This document shows, in pieces, positions 45,227-54,825 of a stretch of DNA of 64,000 nt. Under the pieces are notes generated by a model, which saw nothing but the letters and a program-made list of their open reading frames with translations, made no database searches and had not been told where the DNA came from. A program made the translations under genes and the position numbers. The stretch's first letter is position 1; each line of letters opens with the position of its first letter. The DNA is from an uncultured virus (IMG/VR IMGVR_UViG_3300015608_003726) (Duplodnaviria > Heunggongvirae > Uroviricota > Caudoviricetes): the IMG/VR virus record IMGVR_UViG_3300015608_003726. One strand, given 5' to 3'.

Positions 45227-48200
45227 CTAAATTATCGTCACAACATCACTTTCTACTGAAACACCTACCGATAATCCATCAAAAGGAACTACTTCGGCTT
45301 TCCAGTTATCCTTTACCGATAGATATCTTGATAAGATTATCGACTGATTCCTTAACTCTGTAACTTCTGTAAAATCTATTTCTCCGTCCTTTTTTCTATG
45401 CCAACGTATTGAACTTTGATTGGATTGCGAACTTGTTCCAAAAGAAATATCAACATCATTAAATTTATAAGTTAAAACAAGATTAGAAGATGCTTTCGGT
45501 TTTGACGGAGAAATAATAACATCAGAAACTTCCGGAGGTTGGTTTTCTACTGTTTTTTCTTCGCTTTTTACTGGATTGCCAGAAAGTATAGACGTAGATG
45601 GTATAATTTCTACCTGTATTGTATTTCCTATTTGTAAAGCAAATACATTATTATAAAATTCTCCAGGAGATATCTGTTCATTACTGAAATCTCCAATATA
45701 ATCTCCAAGATATCCCTTTTTAAATTCAGATCCATTTACGTACCAAATAATAATTGATTTGTTATTTTCATCATCAGCAAAAAAGTTATAATCTGCAAAA
45801 GCGACATTTCCTGTAGTTATAGAATCACTAACTACTCCTAAAGAATCCATGCTTTTTATTGATATATTAGTAATAAAAGGAGGAGCCTCTACTACGACAA
45901 CAGATGCTGATCTGCCTTTCTGTCCGTATTTTTTACCATCAAAAGGCTGTATAACGCAATGTATCGTGTCTCCTACTTTCAATATACTTTGACTTAACTG
46001 TCTAGCATATTCTTCATAAGACAGTCCATCAGGAACATCTTGAGAACTAAATTGCAAACCATACTTCCATATAGGATCTTCCAGATTATTGATATTGTTC
46101 CAAGTCTTAAGACCTCTTAAATATTCTATTTCTACTCCATTGATATACCAACTAATAATACTATCACTTTCTTTATCCATATTAACGTCATTATATGTAT
46201 ACTCAATTGAAATCACTGAATATATATATGGATTTTCTGGAGATAAAACAATATTTGTTATATATGGAGCTTTTTCGGAAACAGGCGGAGGCAAAAATAC
46301 GTTTGTATTATACATAAAGCCGATTCCGCTTATTTCGGCAGTTTCATCATGTTTTTTATTTGTAATTTTCAAACCAAGTCTAATCTTACCATCGTTTTCA
46401 ATATCTATAAATAAAGATTTTGTTTGCTTTTCAGCAAATACAACCAAACCCAAACGAGGATATACTTTGTAGTAGTTATTGTCAAATATATTACCATCGG
46501 AATCTTTAATAATAACATTAGATGAATCATGCCATCTTCCATATTCAGCTCTAAATGCAAAATCTGTAATTTTTATTAGAGGTTCATTTAAAGTATAATC
46601 TTCTTGACTTGTTCTTATGGGTATAAATATTTTTCCGTTTTGCTCTACAGAAGGCTGAGATCCGCTATAGTAATCATTCCAATTAAACGAATTTCCTGTA
46701 GAAACACCAACATCAATTTCGCTATTTTTATTGTTATAAACATTAACAGATGCAATAACCTGTTGCGCACTATGTTCCATCGATTCTTCATTAAGATATA
46801 TATAGCTAGTTTTAGGAATATCATATGTAATATTAATTGCGTTAATAGAAGGAGATCCTGGTGTTGGTATATCTTCGTAAGCCTCATCGGTATAAGCAGA
46901 TAATCCGCTAAGCAATGTCATTCTAAATCTTAAATATCTTCCGCTAAAATCTTCAAAATCAACTTCTGTATTTGCATCAAACGACCTACTATATTCTGAA
47001 TAATTAAAATTATCTTCGCTTATAGATACTTTCCAATTTCCTGTAGTATTATCGTATAACGTATAATCTGTAGATATGTTACTAACTATACATGATTGAC
47101 CTAAATCTATTGTATATTCAAATAATCCATAACCTAAAGATCCTACCATTTTTCCAACAGAATTATTAATATTATCATCAATGAACATAGAAGATATAAT
47201 TGTCTGAGATTGTCCTCCTGTTGAATAAGAAATATTTTCCAGGCTATCTGTATCTGTCCTGTTTGATAATGCAGACAATGTTAAAGGAAAAACTATAGAA
47301 TAATTATTAATAACAACAGGAACCTTATAATACCCATCTATTGACTGTATATTGTCAATAACATCATCAACATTATAAATAGATAAATTTTCCTCATTAT
47401 CTGTGTGTAGATAAATAACTTTTGAAAAATCATTAGCTGATTCCTCAAGAAGGTCTTCTGACACTTTATATAATGCATCATAAATAGGAGAAGCACCAAA
47501 AGGTATTCTTGATTGTATCTTTCTTAAATAAGACAAAGCTTCGTCATATGAACCTGAATTTCCTACTAATATTCTCTTTGTTTGAGGTATCCAATCGATA
47601 TCGCTATAATATCCGATAATAGGACTAGTTAATTGAGAAAACTGATTTGGAACAAAATTAAAAATATCGCTATTGATATTTAAATCGCCTATTTCATTAT
47701 TACTACCAGAAGATCCTCCTGAAGATCCTCCTGAAGATCCTGACTGTTTAGATGATTGTATACTTATACAATCTTGAGCAAAATTATCTAATGATCCTGA
47801 AGAAGATCCTCCAGAATAAGGATCTGAGTTACTTCCAGAACCGGAACCGGAATCTGAAGAACCACATCCACATCCACATCCAGAACCGGAACCGGAATCT
47901 GAAGAACCATTTGATTGATCTTTATTATCCGAAATATTATCCGAAATATTAATAACTGTCTCTCCATAATAAAAATCATCAACAATAGATATTTGAACTC
48001 TAATTTTATAAGGGAATCTTATATCTCCTTGATTGATAACAAGAGAATCGTTTTGATATCCCTCTCCATCAAGATATCCTTGTATTCCAAGTTTTTCTTT
48101 AATATCTCTTATGTTCTTAAGAATATCTTCTGATCTTGGCATAAGAATAAATGACGCGCTTCCTTCTTTTATAGATATGTCATTAGAAGAAAACGAAACA

Positions 48201-51200
48201 GGATATACAAGATCATTTCTATTTACAGAATCAGAAGAAGATTGCTGAGAAGTATCGCTTCCTCCTGAACCGGAAGATGATACTACATCAAATATTAAAT
48301 ATCCTCTTACAAACGCAGAAACTTCTTCTGGATAATTACCGTATTCATCTCGTATAACAACATCAATAGTAACCGATTCCTGCCCATCTAACCTAACATA
48401 ATTTTTACTTGAATTTGCCTTTATTTGCAAAAATCCTTCTGGTCTTCCGCTTGTAATTCCTCCTGCGGCATACAAGTAGACGTTATTGTCATTCGTAAAT
48501 CCAAAAGCATTTTTACCTTTTATCATATTAGATCCTAAAGAACAAACAAACGGATCTGAATATAAGACATCTGTATCGATAACATTTAATAAATTAGAAG
48601 AACCAGATATGCTAGTAACTCCGCCAGCTATATATGTTATATTATCTATAGATGTAGAGAGTGCTTTATAGAAAGGTTTAGGCATATTATCATATTTATT
48701 CTCATCTGCAGAAATAGAATTATCATTAATATCAATCATGAAAGATGTGGTAAAATATTCTAAATGAATATTACTAAGATCTTCCTTATTTTCAATGACA
48801 CCTCCAATTACTCTTATTTTTCCTTCATTGTCTACATAAGAAACCGGAGATATTCTTTTATATTCATTTATATAATTTTCATCTATATCAACAGAAGACC
48901 AAGAATCTTGTATAAAATCATATATTAATATTTTATCATTTAAATATTTTATGGAAGAAGACGAATCTATTTCTCTTATTCCGCACAAAATATAAGCCTT
49001 ATCTCCTAGTATAGAAATTGACCCAGAAGCAACTCCATATATAGAAGGATTTACTTCTCCTATCGAAGGCATCGAGGAAACAAATTCCCATTTATCATTA
49101 GATATATCATATCTCTCTACAGAATTTGTTATTTTCAAATTATTATCTTCTACAACCAATCCTCCAAAAATATATAAATAGTTTCCATAAGAACAAGATA
49201 CATGATAGCATCTAGGAATATTGCAAGAAGACATTAATTGCCATTGATTATCAAGAATATTATATCTTTCATTATAAGACAATATTCTATTACCATCTAT
49301 GCCGCCTATTGCAAACAAAAATTCACCATAGGCATCTGCTGCCCAATTTAAAGACAACCCTCCTCTTGGATATTTCATTTCATCAAGAGAAGACCATTCT
49401 TCAGAAAATGTATCATATCTTTCAAGAGATTTACTAAATACGTTATCTATATTTTTTTGACTTGAATTATCTGTATTATCATTATTATCATTATTATACG
49501 GCTGATCTGCATTATATTGAATATCTATGCAAGATGTCATTTCTCTTTCAATGTCGCCTCTTTTATCATATGTAGATTTTGCTATAATTTGTAATTCAAA
49601 GCTAAAAGCAGGATTTAATGGAGATATAGTAAATTTACAGTAAGATTTTTCATCTCCATTTGGATTTAAATATTTATCATTATCATTATATGTATAAATA
49701 GTAGTTTCTGGATATATAGATATACCCTCTGATATCGTTGTATTAAAAGACAAATAAACAGGCGTTCCAACAGGAACTGGCTTTCCTGCAAACGATACCT
49801 CTACGATAAACTCGTGTTCTGTAACTCCATCAACAACAATCTGATCAGTTGGTATGCCACCTATTCTTTGATCAACAAAACTAATATACAATGGTTCTAC
49901 TGGTCTTATGATAATGGGAGGAATTCCGTTTTTTAAATCTCCTCCGCTTTTTAAATATCTGTCTTGCTGATCAACTAAAACAAGTGTGTCTCCATTTATT
50001 ACTATATCATTTTCATTTTCTTTTTCATTTTGATTTATATTAAGACATTTACAAGAATTACTTCCTTTTACAGAATCAAAACTATCATTTTCCGAAGGCT
50101 TATCTTTTCCTATAAATTTATTGATTTTAACATAAAAATACGAATAATCACTATTACCAGACAGAGGTATCTCGGCTCTAAATAAAGATTGAGTAGCATC
50201 AGAAAACACAGTATACCCTAACTCGCTATCATATGATATAGAAATATCTTCTCCATATAAAATTTCCATGTCTCCAGCGCTTACATTCACTATCTGTCCA
50301 GGGTTTAGCACAACCAAAGAAGATCCGTCTTCTGAGGCACATTCTCTAAAACATTCAGAAAAAGCAGTTGAAGAAGTATTTGAATTATGACTTATTATTA
50401 TTTTTACATAATCATATCCGTCTGACCAAACATTACTAACAATTGATGGACCTTCCATAAGAAAACGAGAACCGAATTTGTTAGTCATCGTCTTAGGCCA
50501 AACTATTAAAGGAACTTCTTCAAAACTACTTAACCCATCATATACCACAGAAGCTTTTACTGCATATATCTCAGGAAGTATCAATATACCAAGTTTATCA
50601 TCGCTAATAATCTGAGGAACAACTCCGCATGCTGGTCCAAAATAAACATCATTAGCAGATCCATTTCTAAAATAAGAAAATATACCAGGACCATTAGGAA
50701 CACTATCTACAGAATAAAATGGTCTATCCTTACCAGTAATACTTTTCCTTATATTCCATTTACATATTTGCATATCAGGAACATATTTCTTTATTGTAGT
50801 ATTATTTGGATCGATAATATAAGCAGAGCAAAATTGTTCTGCTCTTTCTATGCAGTTTGGTTCAGGGGCATTAGTCGTAACTTCTACTCTTAATATATTC
50901 TCGAATACAATATACATTTTTTGCATTGATATATAACCATTATATGATGTTTTTATAAACAACATAGCTCCTTGAGGATATCTAGGAGGTTTTATATATA
51001 TATCAGCTGCACTAACTGTCTTTGTTACAGATCCTTCCTCTGTTGTTATGTTATAAAAATCAACTACATCTGATTCTGGTAAAACTTTTTGACTTTCTTC
51101 GTCAGCAAAACTTGGCTCCCATTCTTGTTCGCACGAAGGATCAGATGCATCATGAATAGATACTAAACAAGAATTTCCTACAGACAAAGGCTCGTCTTTA

Positions 51201-54200
51201 TAAGAAGCAATAACCTGAGCAACAAATGACTGATCTCTTCTTATGAAACATCCATCAAAATTTCTATAAAAATTAGGATCGAATTCTAAGGTAGATAAAA
51301 ACTCAGGATCTGAAAAAGGAACTTCTTTCTTACATAAATGATCTATATAATCCTCATTTTTATTAATTAATTTTACCGACCAAGGATTTTTAAATGTAAC
51401 CGATATAGGTTCTGAATAAAATTCAAATATATTTATTGAAGGATTATTTCTATCAACTACATTCGTATATACAGAAACATTAAATTTAAGACTACTTATT
51501 GATGAAAGTGTAAAATTATCAGAAACAAGTCTTAAGGTTCCTCTAATAATACCATCTCCAACGCTTTCATACGATAATAAATACAAATCTTCTGGATTAG
51601 GTTTAGTAATGTCTCTATTAATTGTATCTCCAAAAACATCTTCTGATAAACCGGAAAAATTTGATTGTATATCGCTTATTTTTAACTGTATTCTATCTAG
51701 ATCCTCAATATAATCGCCTTCGCTGTCAATAATTTGACAATAAAATACCACTCTCTGATCAAACCATGCAGATATATCTTGATATTTTATTATTGGTATA
51801 TCCCATAATATTCTAAGAGAAGAATAATCTATTATTTCATATTTTAACCCTGTAACTTCTTGTAATGGTATTAATGATTCATCAGAATCTAAAGATGGAG
51901 TTGATTCTGTAAAAGAAGATTCTCCGCAAAATCCATATTTATCCATAGCAACTATGGTATAATAATATTTAGTATCATTATTTATATTTCTATGAACAAA
52001 ATTCGTGTCTTCTTTGTTGCCTATAAAAATAAGATCTCCATCAGTATAACCATTTTCAACAATAGGATACGCTTTCTCGGAAACCCAAATTTTAATTTGT
52101 CTTACTCTTTCGTCAGATATTTCATCCCAATATATATAATTTTTACCCACTCCAGGCAAAGACTGAACATTAGATACTTCTTGTATAGGAAGTTCTGGCT
52201 CTCCAATATAAAAATATGGATATTTCATATTTGGAATTTCAACTTCTAAAACAGAAGCATCTTTGTAATGACACCAAACTCCTAAAGAATTTTGAGACAT
52301 AATTCTAAAGAAATATTTTCTTCCTAAAACAAAATCAACAGGAACAGATATTGTAAATCTACCGCTCGCAGATTCTCCTTCATAAACAATTGTTCCATCA
52401 TTTTCGTGATTTGGTATCTCTCCGTATCTTTCTATATAAGAAGAAGAATTTCCATCAGATCCTATAATTCTTTCTTCATGCAATACTCCTGTATCTTCTT
52501 TAATTATTATTCTTACTTTACCATTAACATAATTAAAATCTTCTGGTATAGAATAATTTAGAAGAACAAGTCTATCGCCATTGTCAAAATCATTTAAATC
52601 AGAATATTGCTGAACCTTATTATACACATCATATATATATGATGCTTCTTTTATAGAATTAAATATTACAAAATCTTTTATTTTAGCAAATAATTTATAT
52701 GAAGGATATGAATAGAATGATATATTTCCTATATCAATTCTTGAAGAATTTATCACAATAGAACTAGAAAAATAATCAGAACCAACAAGTATTCCGTTAA
52801 TATAAATTGAAATGATTGGCTCTGAAACAGAATTATCTACGGTAACGCATATATGATTCCACTGCTCGTTTTGCAATCCTGTGTAGTAAATAAATTCAGA
52901 AAAATCCTTAGTTACAAATACCCGATCTCCATCAATTCCTATGTACAATCCTTCTTGATATAAATCTCCTATTGATAATATCCCCTGAAAAGCAGAGTCG
53001 CTCAAGGGATAAACCCATCCCATAAAAGTTATTTTTTCATTTGATATTTTATTTTCACTGTCATTAAATGTAAAATATCTATAACCATCTAATCTTATGC
53101 CGCTTTTTCCAAAAGGAACATCTTGGCTATTAAGCCAAAATATATCTTTATCATTTGTTTGTAAATGAAATTGGTTAACTGAAAAATCATAAGCAAAAGA
53201 TCCTGAACCTTCATCAAAATGCCATAAAGCTACACAATCATTATCTTTTATTACCCCAGAACCTCTGAGAATGTTATAGTCAAAATAAGAAATACCAAAA
53301 GGAAGAATTCTATCTTTTGGTGTTGCTTTAATATTTTTTCCGTTACTAAATCTATTATTCTTATCATACGTATAAATGGTATAAAAATATTCTTTTCCTT
53401 CTTCTAGATCTACATCTATTGAAGAAGTAGAAAAACCATCATATATCGTTTCACCATCTAACGGCCCAGAAGAAAAATCGTTTAATCTTCTAACAAGTCT
53501 TATCCCTGATAAAGAACTTTCCTGATTGTTAATAAAAGATTTTGCAACATCATTTATACTATTTGTATTATCAGTTTCATTTTCAACTACGCCATAAAAA
53601 TCCAAGTTAATAGGAGAAGAACCTGCTGTATATATATTGTATTTTAAATCACCAGGATAAACAGAATTTATCCTATTAAGCATTCTTTGAGCAGATTCAT
53701 GTCTTATTCCATAAACATCATTCCATGTTTGACTTCCGCTTTGATCTATAACAAAATTAATAATTTTATCTGGAAGAGAAAGTTCTACCTTATTAGATCC
53801 ATCATTATTATCAACTATTTTTGTGTTTAAAAATATAGGTTTTTTAGATTCATCATCAAAAATATCAATAACATTTGTATATTGCTCTGCCGATGGAGTG
53901 ATAATTCTGCAATTTTCCGAATCAAGAGAGTCTGCATATGTATAAACTTTTAAAGCAAATGCTTTTTCGCAATCAAGTACAAATTCGCCTTCGGTTTGAT
54001 CGTAATAAAAAGAACATTTATCTAAATAAGGATCTACTTGTTCATTCGAATAATCCCATAATATATAATGAGACGACGAATTTCCAGAAAGAAATAAAAC
54101 AAAAGAATATCTTCCATTTATATTTAATGAAGAATTTCCAATTAACGGCTTAGTATCAAAAAAATACCAATCATCCTGATAAATATCGTTGACAGTATTT

Positions 54201-54808
54201 TTAGAATCATATACATTTAAATAAGAAGTAACATTGTTTTCACTATCTAATTCATATATTTTAGCGTGTATTGTACAATAAAATGCGTCATAAACTATAT
54301 CTTCGATAACATATTCATCCTTGCTTATTATCACGGAATCTATTAGGACATTATCTTTTTCTATTTGTATTCCAAGATTATGTTTGTCAGAATCAGGAAA
54401 TACTAACTCAAGAGAAACAATATCCCAATCTGTAGTAGAAATTCCGCTAACATCAATAGTATTAGAAATATTTTCATCTATATAAAGATTAAATCTTATT
54501 GAAGAAGAAACAGAAAATAATCTTATGTATATTATATATTTACCTGGTTCTGAGGTTTTTACAGGATAAAAAAATACCGGATAATTTGTTTCATAATTAT
54601 CAATAGTTTCTGATAATTTTATATACCCACTTCCAAAAAAACCATTTTGATCAAAATCAAAAATAGCATTAGGATTCCCTTGTGTTATTTTTATAAAATT
54701 ACATGCATCTATTGATGCTTTATTGTTACTATCAAAAGAAAAATAAGATTGAATTGGCTCTCCTACTTTTCTTAAATAAGCAGATATTTTTATTGGGTCC
54801 CCAGACAC
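45227..54808 (-). CDS. Giant (3193 aa) multidomain virion/tail adhesin: CBM-like, split vWA, LamG, FN3/Ig, Kelch propeller, Gly/Ser linker, C-terminal Ig-like repeats
   Basis: vWA DQSGS; LamG WHFDEGSG...WNHICVT...YING; FN3 YYYTIVAMD; Kelch GG..G...ERYD...W repeats; C-terminal repeats (YTYND...ISWYING; SIRW...VVPFDG). Confidence 0.8.
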   Translation of the reverse strand: MSGDPIKISAYLRKVGEPIQSYFSFDSNNKASIDACNFIKITQGNPNAIFDFDQNGFFGSGYIKLSETIDNYETNYPVFFYPVKTSEPGKYIIYIRLFSVSSSIRFNLYIDENISNTIDVSGISTTDWDIVSLELVFPDSDKHNLGIQIEKDNVLIDSVIISKDEYVIEDIVYDAFYCTIHAKIYELDSENNVTSYLNVYDSKNTVNDIYQDDWYFFDTKPLIGNSSLNINGRYSFVLFLSGNSSSHYILWDYSNEQVDPYLDKCSFYYDQTEGEFVLDCEKAFALKVYTYADSLDSENCRIITPSAEQYTNVIDIFDDESKKPIFLNTKIVDNNDGSNKVELSLPDKIINFVIDQSGSQTWNDVYGIRHESAQRMLNRINSVYPGDLKYNIYTAGSSPINLDFYGVVENETDNTNSINDVAKSFINNQESSLSGIRLVRRLNDFSSGPLDGETIYDGFSTSSIDVDLEEGKEYFYTIYTYDKNNRFSNGKNIKATPKDRILPFGISYFDYNILRGSGVIKDNDCVALWHFDEGSGSFAYDFSVNQFHLQTNDKDIFWLNSQDVPFGKSGIRLDGYRYFTFNDSENKISNEKITFMGWVYPLSDSAFQGILSIGDLYQEGLYIGIDGDRVFVTKDFSEFIYYTGLQNEQWNHICVTVDNSVSEPIISIYINGILVGSDYFSSSIVINSSRIDIGNISFYSYPSYKLFAKIKDFVIFNSIKEASYIYDVYNKVQQYSDLNDFDNGDRLVLLNYSIPEDFNYVNGKVRIIIKEDTGVLHEERIIGSDGNSSSYIERYGEIPNHENDGTIVYEGESASGRFTISVPVDFVLGRKYFFRIMSQNSLGVWCHYKDASVLEVEIPNMKYPYFYIGEPELPIQEVSNVQSLPGVGKNYIYWDEISDERVRQIKIWVSEKAYPIVENGYTDGDLIFIGNKEDTNFVHRNINNDTKYYYTIVAMDKYGFCGESSFTESTPSLDSDESLIPLQEVTGLKYEIIDYSSLRILWDIPIIKYQDISAWFDQRVVFYCQIIDSEGDYIEDLDRIQLKISDIQSNFSGLSEDVFGDTINRDITKPNPEDLYLLSYESVGDGIIRGTLRLVSDNFTLSSISSLKFNVSVYTNVVDRNNPSINIFEFYSEPISVTFKNPWSVKLINKNEDYIDHLCKKEVPFSDPEFLSTLEFDPNFYRNFDGCFIRRDQSFVAQVIASYKDEPLSVGNSCLVSIHDASDPSCEQEWEPSFADEESQKVLPESDVVDFYNITTEEGSVTKTVSAADIYIKPPRYPQGAMLFIKTSYNGYISMQKMYIVFENILRVEVTTNAPEPNCIERAEQFCSAYIIDPNNTTIKKYVPDMQICKWNIRKSITGKDRPFYSVDSVPNGPGIFSYFRNGSANDVYFGPACGVVPQIISDDKLGILILPEIYAVKASVVYDGLSSFEEVPLIVWPKTMTNKFGSRFLMEGPSIVSNVWSDGYDYVKIIISHNSNTSSTAFSECFRECASEDGSSLVVLNPGQIVNVSAGDMEILYGEDISISYDSELGYTVFSDATQSLFRAEIPLSGNSDYSYFYVKINKFIGKDKPSENDSFDSVKGSNSCKCLNINQNEKENENDIVINGDTLVLVDQQDRYLKSGGDLKNGIPPIIIRPVEPLYISFVDQRIGGIPTDQIVVDGVTEHEFIVEVSFAGKPVPVGTPVYLSFNTTISEGISIYPETTIYTYNDNDKYLNPNGDEKSYCKFTISPLNPAFSFELQIIAKSTYDKRGDIEREMTSCIDIQYNADQPYNNDNNDNTDNSSQKNIDNVFSKSLERYDTFSEEWSSLDEMKYPRGGLSLNWAADAYGEFLFAIGGIDGNRILSYNERYNILDNQWQLMSSCNIPRCYHVSCSYGNYLYIFGGLVVEDNNLKITNSVERYDISNDKWEFVSSMPSIGEVNPSIYGVASGSISILGDKAYILCGIREIDSSSSIKYLNDKILIYDFIQDSWSSVDIDENYINEYKRISPVSYVDNEGKIRVIGGVIENKEDLSNIHLEYFTTSFMIDINDNSISADENKYDNMPKPFYKALSTSIDNITYIAGGVTSISGSSNLLNVIDTDVLYSDPFVCSLGSNMIKGKNAFGFTNDNNVYLYAAGGITSGRPEGFLQIKANSSKNYVRLDGQESVTIDVVIRDEYGNYPEEVSAFVRGYLIFDVVSSSGSGGSDTSQQSSSDSVNRNDLVYPVSFSSNDISIKEGSASFILMPRSEDILKNIRDIKEKLGIQGYLDGEGYQNDSLVINQGDIRFPYKIRVQISIVDDFYYGETVINISDNISDNKDQSNGSSDSGSGSGCGCGCGSSDSGSGSGSNSDPYSGGSSSGSLDNFAQDCISIQSSKQSGSSGGSSGGSSGSNNEIGDLNINSDIFNFVPNQFSQLTSPIIGYYSDIDWIPQTKRILVGNSGSYDEALSYLRKIQSRIPFGASPIYDALYKVSEDLLEESANDFSKVIYLHTDNEENLSIYNVDDVIDNIQSIDGYYKVPVVINNYSIVFPLTLSALSNRTDTDSLENISYSTGGQSQTIISSMFIDDNINNSVGKMVGSLGYGLFEYTIDLGQSCIVSNISTDYTLYDNTTGNWKVSISEDNFNYSEYSRSFDANTEVDFEDFSGRYLRFRMTLLSGLSAYTDEAYEDIPTPGSPSINAINITYDIPKTSYIYLNEESMEHSAQQVIASVNVYNNKNSEIDVGVSTGNSFNWNDYYSGSQPSVEQNGKIFIPIRTSQEDYTLNEPLIKITDFAFRAEYGRWHDSSNVIIKDSDGNIFDNNYYKVYPRLGLVVFAEKQTKSLFIDIENDGKIRLGLKITNKKHDETAEISGIGFMYNTNVFLPPPVSEKAPYITNIVLSPENPYIYSVISIEYTYNDVNMDKESDSIISWYINGVEIEYLRGLKTWNNINNLEDPIWKYGLQFSSQDVPDGLSYEEYARQLSQSILKVGDTIHCVIQPFDGKKYGQKGRSASVVVVEAPPFITNISIKSMDSLGVVSDSITTGNVAFADYNFFADDENNKSIIIWYVNGSEFKKGYLGDYIGDFSNEQISPGEFYNNVFALQIGNTIQVEIIPSTSILSGNPVKSEEKTVENQPPEVSDVIISPSKPKASSNLVLTYKFNDVDISFGTSSQSNQSSIRWHRKKDGEIDFTEVTELRNQSIILSRYLSVKDNWKAEVVPFDGLSVGVSVESDVVTII
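47700..47910 (-). repeat. Gly/Ser low-complexity linker with a 30-bp direct repeat flanking (CATCCA)n
   Basis: CCAGAACCGGAACCGGAATCTGAAGAACCA at 47835 and 47880; GAAGATCCTCCT tandem near 47709-47740; encodes GSSDSGSGSG-CGCGC-GSSDSGSGSG and SGSSGGSSGGSSG. Confidence 0.85.
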
Positions 54809-54825
54809 TTTTTCCTCTTTTACTT

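Noticed and set aside
15819..47985. Short same-strand nested ORFs (15819..16001, 19026..19214, 46645..46887, 47788..47985)
   Set aside because: 60-80 aa with no domain or convincing RBS, unlike the 288-aa nested nuclease; consistent with chance.
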